A stretch of DNA of 6,675 bases from a virus (Duplodnaviria > Heunggongvirae > Uroviricota > Caudoviricetes), in the IMG/VR virus record IMGVR_UViG_2648501392_000001, positions 1 through 6,675 of that record; one strand, given 5' to 3'. How positions within the stretch are numbered: position 1 is the stretch's first letter; each line of letters starts with the position of its first letter. Under the pieces are notes generated by a model. That model saw nothing but the letters and a program-made list of their open reading frames with translations, searched no databases and was not told where the DNA came from. A program made the position numbers and the translations under genes. Below, piece after piece: positions 1-5,377 of the stretch.

Positions 1-110
1 CCTTTAAATGCCGTCTGGCGAAGAGTGGTGATCAGTTCCTGTGGGTCGACAGAATCCATGCCGACACGTTCAGCCAGCTTCCCTGCCAGCGTTGCGAGTG
101 CTGTACTCAT
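1..110 (-). CDS. bet: Bet (Red-beta) single-strand annealing recombinase, N-terminal part only; the gene runs off the left edge
   Basis: Minus-strand translation from ATG at 110..108 gives MSTALATLAGKLAERVGMDSVDPQELITTLRQTAFK, which matches the N-terminus of lambda Bet as I recall it. It begins 5 nt after the gam stop, as in lambda. Confidence 0.9.
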   Translation of the reverse strand, partial: MSTALATLAGKLAERVGMDSVDPQELITTLRQTAFK

Positions 111-115
111 CCGTT

Positions 116-532
116 TTATACCTCTGAATCAATATCAACCTGATGGTGAGCAATGGTTTCAACCATGTACCGGATGTGTTCTGCCATGCGCTCCTGAAAC
201 TCAACATCGTCATCAAACGCACGGATAATGGCTTTTTTGCTGGCCCCGTGGCGTTGCAAATGATCGATGCATAGCGATTCAAACAGGTGCTGGGGCAGGC
301 CTTTTTCCATGTCGTCTGCCAGTTCTGCCTCTTTCTCTTCACGGGCGATCTGCTGGTAGTGACGCGCCCAGCTCTGAGCCTCAAGACGATCCTGAATGTA
401 ATAAGCGTTCATGGCTGAACTCCTGAAATAGCTGTGAAAATATCGCCCGCGAAATGCCGGGCTGATTAGGAAAACAGGAAAGGGGGTTAGTGAATGCTTT
501 TGCTTGATCTCAGTTTCAGCATTAATATCCAT
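116..532 (-). CDS. gam: Gam, host RecBCD inhibitor. Long form is 138 aa (116..532); the short GamS form (98 aa) would start at ATG 412..410
   Basis: ORF-track protein [32 protein letters not shown]...[10 protein letters not shown] is near-identical to lambda Gam from memory. The internal ATG at 412 has a strong SD (AGGAG, 7-nt spacer), whereas the long-form ATG at 532 has no SD, so the short form is probably the main product. Confidence 0.9.
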   Translation of the reverse strand: MDINAETEIKQKHSLTPFPVFLISPAFRGRYFHSYFRSSAMNAYYIQDRLEAQSWARHYQQIAREEKEAELADDMEKGLPQHLFESLCIDHLQRHGASKKAIIRAFDDDVEFQERMAEHIRYMVETIAHHQVDIDSEV

Positions 533-630
533 TTTTTATAAGCGTCGACGGCTTCACGAAACATCTTTTCATCGCCAATAAAAGTGGCGATAGTGAATTT
601 AGTCTGGATAGCCATAAGTGTTTTATCCAT
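487..630 (-). CDS. kil: Kil, host cell-division (FtsZ) inhibitor, 47 aa
   Basis: ATG at 630..628 gives [47 protein letters not shown], matching lambda Kil from memory (a few substitutions). It overlaps the long-form gam N-terminus as in lambda. SD GGAG lies about 9 nt upstream. Confidence 0.8.
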   Translation of the reverse strand: MDKTLMAIQTKFTIATFIGDEKMFREAVDAYKKWILMLKLRSSKSIH

Positions 631-763
631 TTTTGGGAACTCCTGGCTGATTAAGTACGTCGATGAGTCGTTTCCATCCGTCACGTAATTTACGTGTGAT
701 TCGCTCAAGTAAAGATTCGGAAGGGCAGCCAGCAACAGGCCACCCTGCAATGGCATATTGCAT
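623..763 (-). CDS. cIII: cIII, inhibitor of FtsH-mediated CII degradation; 46 aa here, apparently C-terminally truncated relative to lambda cIII
   Basis: ATG at 763..761 gives [46 protein letters not shown] followed by TAA at 625..623. This matches lambda cIII residues 1-46 from memory. SD GGAG (complement of 771-774) is 7 nt upstream. Confidence 0.75.
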   Translation of the reverse strand: MQYAIAGWPVAGCPSESLLERITRKLRDGWKRLIDVLNQPGVPKNG

Positions 764-834
764 GGTGTGCTCCTTATTTATACATAACGAAAACGCCTCG
801 AGTGAAGCGTTATTGGTATGCGGTAACGCCGCGC

Positions 835-1203
835 TCAGGCGGCTTTGATAGTCATATCATCTGAATCAAATATTCCTGATGTATCGATATCGGTAATTCT
901 TATTCCTTCGCTACCATCCATTGGAGGCCATCCTTCCTGACCATTTCCATCATTCCAGTCGAACTCACACACAACACCATATGCATTTAAGTCGCTTGAA
1001 ATTGCTATAAGCAGAGCATGTTGCGCCAGCATGATTAATACAGCATTTAATACAGAGCCGTGTTTATTGAGTCGGTATTCAGAGTCTGACCAGAAATTAT
1101 TAATCTGGTGAAGTTTTTCCTCTGTCATTACGTCATGGTCGATTTCAATTTCTATTGATGCTTTCCAGTCGTAATCAATGATGTATTTTTTGATGTTTGA
1201 CAT
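835..1203 (-). CDS. ea10: Ea10-like protein, 122 aa, in the position lambda ea10 occupies between cIII and the ral/sieB region
   Basis: ORF of 369 nt on the pL-operon strand, same length and position as lambda ea10. SD GAGGA lies upstream of ATG 1203. Identity is assigned from synteny and size; I cannot verify the sequence from memory. Confidence 0.6.
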   Translation of the reverse strand: MSNIKKYIIDYDWKASIEIEIDHDVMTEEKLHQINNFWSDSEYRLNKHGSVLNAVLIMLAQHALLIAISSDLNAYGVVCEFDWNDGNGQEGWPPMDGSEGIRITDIDTSGIFDSDDMTIKAA

Positions 1204-1353
1204 CTATTCATATCCTCACAGATAAAAAATCGCTCTCACATTGGAGGGCAAAGAAGATTTCCAATAATCAGAACAAGTCGGCTCCTGTTTAGTTACGAGC
1301 GACATTGCTCCGTGTATTCACTCGTTGGAATGAATACACAGTGCTTATTCGTA

Positions 1354-1824
1354 CTAATAAAATACCCAATTTTCTGTTTCTTGGTTGTGTCCAAAGTTAT
1401 ATTCAATATCTGGTGTTGATGTATCAATATTCTTCATCCCATCAACAAGAGTTGATACAACAGCCAAATCTTGTTTTATTCTCATTAAATGGTATTTCTT
1501 CCGGCGCAATAAACTTTCAATAGCAAGTTTCTTCGTTGGGAATGCAAAAGATCTTTCTGCATTTTTTGCTACTTTCTTAATTGCATATCTATTTCTCCTT
1601 TGTTTCCATTCCTGTAACCACTGATTTGGTGCTGGTTTAAAATTAACAATCCAATGCGCAGGAACCAACCATGCATAATGCTCTGTCTGATGAAAAGCTA
1701 TATATTGAAGTGCGAATATTTTTATCCCATCTTCTTCAACTGTCGCCTGGAATCTCCAGAAAACAGGCATTCCATCATGTTCAGTTTCTAATTCAGGAAA
1801 AGGTACGCTCCATGATTTTGTCAT
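1354..1824 (-). CDS. Hypothetical protein, 156 aa, in the position where lambda carries ral and sieB; non-lambda cargo gene
   Basis: ATG at 1824..1822 is preceded by SD GAGGTGA. It is co-oriented with the pL operon between N and ea10. It has a basic central stretch (WKQRRNRYAIKKVAKNAERSFAFPTKKLAIESLLRRKKYHLMRIKQ) and no obvious transmembrane segment. I do not recognise the family. Confidence 0.6.
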   Translation of the reverse strand: MTKSWSVPFPELETEHDGMPVFWRFQATVEEDGIKIFALQYIAFHQTEHYAWLVPAHWIVNFKPAPNQWLQEWKQRRNRYAIKKVAKNAERSFAFPTKKLAIESLLRRKKYHLMRIKQDLAVVSTLVDGMKNIDTSTPDIEYNFGHNQETENWVFY

Positions 1825-1882
1825 ATCTCACCTCAAATAAGTGGTTTGCTGCCTAATTTCATTTTCTGGCGACCAACACAAG

Positions 1883-2266
1883 TCACCTCGCCGTCAGTTG
1901 TTTGGATTTCCGGTAGCCTGCCGCGTAAATGGCTACGTTTGGAAGACATACACCAGTTTCTGGTTGCTTATGTCCAAACTCATTCGCGTACACAATGGCC
2001 GCTCGCTCCAGATTGCGTCTGTATTCTTTCTGTTGCCAGATCACGTCTTGTGCCATGAACTTAATTGGCTTAGCGTCTTCTATACGCTCAGGCGTTTCGT
2101 GAGTACCTTTAGCCTGAATCTGCGCTCTGCTTAGAGTAGGGCGGTGTAATACTTCTGAACTTATTGCTTCTTCGCGGGCCAGTACGCCATTAGCTAATGC
2201 CTTTACCTTTAAACGCTCACGACGACGAGAACGTGAATTGCCTTTGAACTGAGTTCTGCGTGTCAT
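1883..2266 (-). CDS. N: N-type transcription antitermination protein, 127 aa, P22 gp24-like
   Basis: It is the first gene downstream of pL/nutL. ATG 2266..2264 has a strong SD (AGGAGG, 5-nt spacer). The N-terminal arginine-rich motif GNSRSRRRERLKVKALA resembles the P22 N motif GNAKTRRHERRRKLAIER, and the C-terminus VAIYAAGYRKSKQLTAR resembles P22 gp24 VALYAAGHRKSKQITAR (both from memory). Confidence 0.85.
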   Translation of the reverse strand: MTRRTQFKGNSRSRRRERLKVKALANGVLAREEAISSEVLHRPTLSRAQIQAKGTHETPERIEDAKPIKFMAQDVIWQQKEYRRNLERAAIVYANEFGHKQPETGVCLPNVAIYAAGYRKSKQLTAR

Positions 2267-2279
2267 ATAGACCTCCTGA

Positions 2280-2420
2280 TGAACTTTGGTGGTGTGGTAG
2301 GTGGGAGACCCATTTCGACCTGTTTCGGCCTACTTCAATTCGGCAATAGTCCCGCAGGCTTCGCCGCTTTACGTGCGACATATTCCCGTCCATGAACCCT
2401 TCACCACACCCCAAAGTTCA
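2280..2420 (-). promoter_or_regulatory. Long-range inverted repeat in the N leader, a candidate RNase III-type processing or translation-control stem
   Basis: 2280-2298 (TGAACTTTGGTGGTGTGGT) is the reverse complement of 2403-2420 (ACCACACCCCAAAGTTCA) apart from one bulged base. The 3' arm ends directly next to the N SD at 2271-2276. Confidence 0.5.
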
Positions 2421-2431
2421 CTTTGGTTATT

Positions 2432-2446
2432 GCGCTTTGTCAGCGC
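2432..2446 (-). promoter_or_regulatory. nutL boxB hairpin (P22-type, GACAA loop)
   Basis: Minus-strand RNA reads GCGCUGACAAAGCGC: a 5-bp stem with GACAA pentaloop, matching the P22 boxB I recall. It lies between pL and N. CTACG sits immediately 5' of it, as at nutR. Confidence 0.75.
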
Positions 2447-2506
2447 CGTAGATTCATATTCGAATCGTTGTATATTCACCGCCCTGGTGAGTAGTGCGTC
2501 CTGCTG

Positions 2507-2600
2507 ATGGCTTAAAGATAACCTAGGTTATAGTGGTGGTCAATAACTTAATTTATGGATTCTGATAAATAAGTTATATGTGATGGATAATAAAGGTATT
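2507..2600 (-). promoter_or_regulatory. OL operators and pL promoter (leftward)
   Basis: Operator-like palindromes at 2518-2531 (ATAACCTAGGTTAT, perfect), 2543-2556 (ATAACTTAATTTAT), 2566-2578 (ATAAATAAGTTAT) and 2587-2600 (ATAATAAAGGTATT), the same family as the sites between cI and cro. Candidate pL on the minus strand: -35 TTGACC (complement of 2538-2543), 17-nt spacer, -10 TATCTT (complement of about 2515-2520). Confidence 0.6.
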
Positions 2601-2717
2601 TTATTTTTGTAAATGTTGCGGATTGGTCGGTATTGGAAGGGGGGCGCTGTATTGCTGTCGTGTTGGTTCGTGGTTTACCGCATTTGCGGCTGTTAAATAT
2701 GGGGGACGATCGCGAGG

Positions 2718-2746
2718 CAAAGAAAACCCGGCGCGGAAGCCGGGTT
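2718..2746 (-). terminator. Rho-independent terminator (minus strand) downstream of the 44-aa ORF
   Basis: Minus-strand RNA AACCCGGC-UUCCGC-GCCGGGUU followed by UUCUUUG: an 8-bp GC-rich stem with a U-rich tail, 16 nt after the ORF stop. Confidence 0.65.
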
Positions 2747-2762
2747 TGAGATTTAGTTATTT

Positions 2763-2897
2763 TCAGCAGCTCGGATAAGAGCGGAAGTGCTGACGAACAT
2801 GTTCGAGCTCACCGAAACGTATGCGGCAGTAACTGCGCACATAAACCGGCTTGTCGTGTTCGTAGATGAAGTCATCGCGATTAACATCGTGAGCCAT
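2763..2897 (-). CDS. Small hypothetical protein, 44 aa (MAHDVNRDDFIYEHDKPVYVRSYCRIRFGELEHVRQHFRSYPSC)
   Basis: ATG at 2897..2895 is preceded by SD AGGAGA with a 7-nt spacer; stop TGA at 2765..2763 is followed by an intrinsic terminator. This frame is not in the supplied ORF track (too short). It contains several His and Cys residues. Confidence 0.55.
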   Translation of the reverse strand: MAHDVNRDDFIYEHDKPVYVRSYCRIRFGELEHVRQHFRSYPSC

Positions 2898-3045
2898 AGC
2901 TTTTCTCCTGTTTTTGTATACAGCCTGTTTACCCGAACAGGTTGTAGTTTGTTGGGAGAACCGCTATCCTTGGCTTGCGGTTGCCAAGGGTGTAGCGGTA
3001 GGTAATCCTCCATACACTTCGGAAATACTGGATATATTTCCGACC

Positions 3046-3080
3046 CAAAAAGCCCCGTTCCCTCGGGGCTTTATTCTTTT
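3046..3080. terminator. Bidirectional rho-independent terminator, the tIMM-equivalent ending the cI operon
   Basis: GCCCCG(3052-3057)-TTCCCT-CGGGGC(3064-3069). On the minus strand it is followed by UUUUU (complement of A-run 3047-3051), immediately after the 177-aa ORF stop at 3071-3073. On the plus strand it is followed by TTTATTCTTTT (3070-3080). Confidence 0.75.
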
Positions 3081-3604
3081 GTTCCGCCATCAATCATCGC
3101 AAAAGATTCCACAATCAGACTGATACGCTTGGCTTCATCTTTTGTCAGGTCGCGAGGCAGGTTGCCAATGGTGACGATAAGATCTCCGCGCAATGGAATC
3201 GGCAGTTCAAATGTTTTTACACCAACCTGTACGTCAGCTACCGCCTTCTTCTTAGGTGCCATCTTTTTACGCTCCTTTTTTTTATTTACATCACCAACTG
3301 ACACATTAATCTCACCATTCTGGTAGGAGATAAATTTATCAATAGCACTTTGCATTCGGCTTTTGTATGCCTGCAAAGATGATTCAGAAGGTTTGCTTTC
3401 TGCTGAGTCTGCGTACGAACTTGCTAAGTTGGCAACGCTATAATCACGGATATCGGCATCGGTGAAATCCGACCCAAGAACAGTAAGAAGGCGCAGGGAA
3501 GAGTCACGGAGATTGCGGGCTGTAGCATCATTGACGATACCAAGCTCAGGAAGCATCTGTAAGAAGTCCTGAAATGCTTTGATGGTGTAGCTTTTGGTTT
3601 GCAT
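3071..3604 (-). CDS. Hypothetical protein, 177 aa, distal gene of the cI-linked cassette (rexB-equivalent position); two-domain layout with a lysine-rich linker
   Basis: ATG 3604..3602 with SD GAGG and a 7-nt spacer; the stop abuts the terminator. The protein has a central KKKERKKMAPKKK linker separating an N-terminal domain of about 105 aa from a C-terminal domain of about 55 aa. No obvious transmembrane segment. Family not recognised. Confidence 0.7.
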   Translation of the reverse strand: MQTKSYTIKAFQDFLQMLPELGIVNDATARNLRDSSLRLLTVLGSDFTDADIRDYSVANLASSYADSAESKPSESSLQAYKSRMQSAIDKFISYQNGEINVSVGDVNKKKERKKMAPKKKAVADVQVGVKTFELPIPLRGDLIVTIGNLPRDLTKDEAKRISLIVESFAMIDGGTKE

Positions 3605-3793
3605 AAAAAAGCCTCATACAGTTGATGAGGCAATACTAATTTGATCGTCAAAACAAATCAAGACCCAAGAAACGATCGTTGATTCCTTTCTTTGTGACAA
3701 TACAGTCAAATCAAGTTTTACAAGGATTACTTTTCTTCGATTACATTAAAGGCCGCACTTCTGCGACCATCCATCACCAAAATGTCTCTTCAC

Positions 3794-4135
3794 TCATCCG
3801 AAGAAGCAGCAATCCGGGTCAGCACGCACAAGCTCAAGCGCATCAGTCAGCGAAAGTTCAGTACTGTACTGATGCCATTTCATATCCTTCCGCATCCAAT
3901 AGATTTTCCATCTATCCAGAGAACGTATGTACTTGATTCTTGCTGATGGCAGGATGTTTGTTTCACCTGGGTTGCCCTGCCACACGGGGCGCTGTTCGCC
4001 GATATCTATCGTTTGGTCATTGATGCTATAAACAATATCCAGTTCATTGCGGATATGTTCAGGCGGCCTTATGCTTTCAATGAATTGGTGAACTTCTTTT
4101 TTGACCGCTTGATATTCAAGGTCAGTGAACGCCAT
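3794..4135 (-). CDS. Hypothetical protein, 113 aa, proximal gene of the cI-linked cassette (rexA-equivalent position)
   Basis: ATG 4135..4133 with strong SD GAGGAGG and a 4-nt spacer, only 37 nt downstream of the cI stop on the same strand, so it is probably co-transcribed from pRM. Family not recognised. Confidence 0.7.
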   Translation of the reverse strand: MAFTDLEYQAVKKEVHQFIESIRPPEHIRNELDIVYSINDQTIDIGEQRPVWQGNPGETNILPSARIKYIRSLDRWKIYWMRKDMKWHQYSTELSLTDALELVRADPDCCFFG

Positions 4136-4172
4136 CTATCCTCCTCACCCAAACGTTTCTTCAGGCCACTGG

Positions 4173-4880
4173 TTACCAGCTATGCGATGACCAGAATACT
4201 CTGCCAATAATCCTTACGGTTTTATGAAATTCATCTCTATCCATTACTTCATCCGGGTACTCTTCGCGATTTATTGATCTGATTATCACCGATGTAGGAG
4301 TGGCGATTAATGTTTTTACTCGCAACAAATCAGACTGGCAAATAGCGTAGGTTTTACCATCTCTGATGGTGGTATCTTGTGTGTTAACACCAACAACATC
4401 GCCATCGTGAAGAGTTGGTTCCATGCTTTGACCTGTTACCCTTACCAGCTTGGCAGAACTTTCAGTTACCCCCATCTTTTTCAGATAGTACTTTCTGAAA
4501 ACCAAAGAGAACTCTGATGATTCTTCTATCTCGCAGCTACCGCTTCCAGCCGAAAGCGAAACGTTAAGAAGAGGCAATGCGACAAACTCGTCATCGTTTT
4601 TTTTAATGTCTTCCCATACCACAGCTTTTAAAGATGACTCACGGATATTGGATGGTTCTTCATGTGTACCATCCCTCATTTCACCAATACCAGAACTAAG
4701 CCATTCAGGGCGTACTTTTAAAGCATTAGCTAACTCAACCATCTTGCGAGATCCGTTTGTTTTACCGGATGACATCTTCTGTATGGCTGGCTGAGATATT
4801 CCAACCATGTCCGCAAGCTGTGATTGCGACACCCCTGCCGATCTCATGGCTGCATTTAGTCTTTCTGCGAATGTTTTCAT
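4173..4880 (-). CDS. cI: CI-type prophage repressor, 235 aa: N-terminal HTH plus C-terminal S24 (LexA-like) autopeptidase domain
   Basis: Translation contains an HTH region (QSQLADMVGISQPAIQKM), an Ala-Gly cleavage site (SLSAGSG), the serine motif GQSMEP and a downstream Lys (LLRVK). It is divergent from cro across an operator-rich region. I chose ATG at 4880 with no SD (leaderless, as for lambda pRM transcripts) over the in-frame TTG at 4910. Confidence 0.9.
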   Translation of the reverse strand: MKTFAERLNAAMRSAGVSQSQLADMVGISQPAIQKMSSGKTNGSRKMVELANALKVRPEWLSSGIGEMRDGTHEEPSNIRESSLKAVVWEDIKKNDDEFVALPLLNVSLSAGSGSCEIEESSEFSLVFRKYYLKKMGVTESSAKLVRVTGQSMEPTLHDGDVVGVNTQDTTIRDGKTYAICQSDLLRVKTLIATPTSVIIRSINREEYPDEVMDRDEFHKTVRIIGRVFWSSHSW

Positions 4881-4991
4881 ATCCACAAATCTATAACTAC
4901 GGTTATCCAAAGTAAAATAATAAAGGTTATTGCTATCTTTTATAACTTGGGTTATCCTTGGTTATAAGTAATGGCTGAAAGAGGTATGCTC
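4881..4991. promoter_or_regulatory. OR operators with divergent pRM (leftward) and pR (rightward) promoters
   Basis: Three 14-bp palindromes of the ATAAC-N4-GTTAT family at 4893-4906 (ATAACTACGGTTAT), 4916-4929 (ATAATAAAGGTTAT) and 4942-4955 (ATAACTTGGGTTAT), spaced 23 and 26 bp, plus an extra GGTTAT half-site at 4960-4965. Candidate pRM on the minus strand: -10 TAGATT (4888-4893), start at the cI AUG, -35 TTTACT (4911-4916). Candidate pR -10 TATAAG at 4964-4969; the pR -35 is ambiguous. Confidence 0.65.
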
Positions 4992-5216
4992 ATGAATTTA
5001 GTAATTCACCGAGCCTTGAAGATTGTCGGTAGTCAAAAGCGGCTTGCCGACAAGTGTGGTGTAACGCAGCCAGCAGTACACAAATGGCTGAAAGGCGGGC
5101 AGGTTTCTCCAGAGAAAGTTACCGCCATCGTTAACGCCACTGGAGGGCAGATCAAGGCTTACGAAATTCGCCCAGATTTACCACACCTGTTTCCAAAACC
5201 GAATCAGGCAGCATAA
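4992..5216 (+). CDS. cro: Cro-type HTH repressor, 74 aa
   Basis: It is divergent from cI and first on the rightward operon. ATG 4992 is preceded by SD AAGAGG with a 7-nt spacer. HTH-like segment QKRLADKCGVTQPAVHKWLKG. The sequence is unlike lambda Cro, so this is a different immunity type. Confidence 0.8.
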   Translation: MNLVIHRALKIVGSQKRLADKCGVTQPAVHKWLKGGQVSPEKVTAIVNATGGQIKAYEIRPDLPHLFPKPNQAA

Positions 5217-5254
5217 GTAACACCGCTATTTTCACAATGGACATTCGTCCTACG

Positions 5255-5269
5255 TCGCTGACAAAGCGA
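5255..5269 (+). promoter_or_regulatory. nutR boxB hairpin (P22-type, GACAA loop)
   Basis: TCGCTGACAAAGCGA between cro and cII, with the same loop and CTACG 5' flank as nutL. A candidate boxA-like CGCTATTTT lies at 5224-5232 but is weak and uncertain. Confidence 0.7.
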
Positions 5270-5342
5270 GCCCCAAGATATCTGACCAACTAAGGCCATA
5301 TGTGTTTCCACGCATACCTTTCAACTAACTATTCACTATTGG

Positions 5343-5377
5343 AAATATTAAGAAATGACACAAACAAGTTACAGCAA
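5343..5377 (-). promoter_or_regulatory. pRE-like CII-activated promoter (leftward), overlapping the cII start
   Basis: Minus strand reads TTGCTGTAACTTGT (complement of 5364-5377; a TTGC-N6-TTGT CII box), then 12 nt, then TTAATAT, then TTCC. This has the same architecture as lambda pRE (TTGC-N6-TTGC, 12 nt, TAAGTAT, TTCC) from memory. Confidence 0.55.

Noticed and set aside
70-384. Minus-strand 104-aa ORF overlapping gam and bet
   Set aside because: Alternative frame entirely inside well-supported gam and bet coding sequence; no independent start signals.
1305-1624. Plus-strand ORFs (72 aa and 79 aa) opposite the 156-aa gene
   Set aside because: Antisense overlaps with a gene that has a good SD and operon context; low-complexity translations; no start signals.
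2600-2716. GT-rich segment with short direct repeats (gattggtcggtattgg / gtattgctg) between OL and the 2725-2746 terminator
   Set aside because: No clear palindrome, promoter or ORF. It could hold further operator or host-factor sites, but I cannot support a specific call from the sequence alone.
2787-3005. Plus-strand 72-aa ORF (and minus-strand 86-aa ORF 2753-3013) from the six-frame track
   Set aside because: No convincing SD, GTG start, and it overlaps the palindromic structured region. The minus-strand 44-aa frame (2763-2897) with AGGAG SD, ATG start and a downstream terminator explains the region better.
3679-3936. Plus-strand 85-aa ORF in the cassette spacer, and minus-strand 75-aa ORF 3424-3651
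   Set aside because: They overlap the 113-aa and 177-aa genes in other frames or orientation without ribosome-binding sites. The spacer is treated as regulatory instead.
4173-4910. CI starting at the upstream in-frame codon at 4910 (track shows MDNRSYRFVD...)
   Set aside because: That codon is TTG and sits inside the operator region. ATG at 4880 lies exactly 7 nt after a TAGATT -10 element, consistent with a leaderless pRM transcript as in lambda.
4971-5216. Longer Cro starting at ATG 4971 (MAERGMLMNLV...)
   Set aside because: The SD AAGAGG at 4978-4983 lies inside that extension and is correctly spaced for ATG 4992. The likely pR start would fall at or after 4971.
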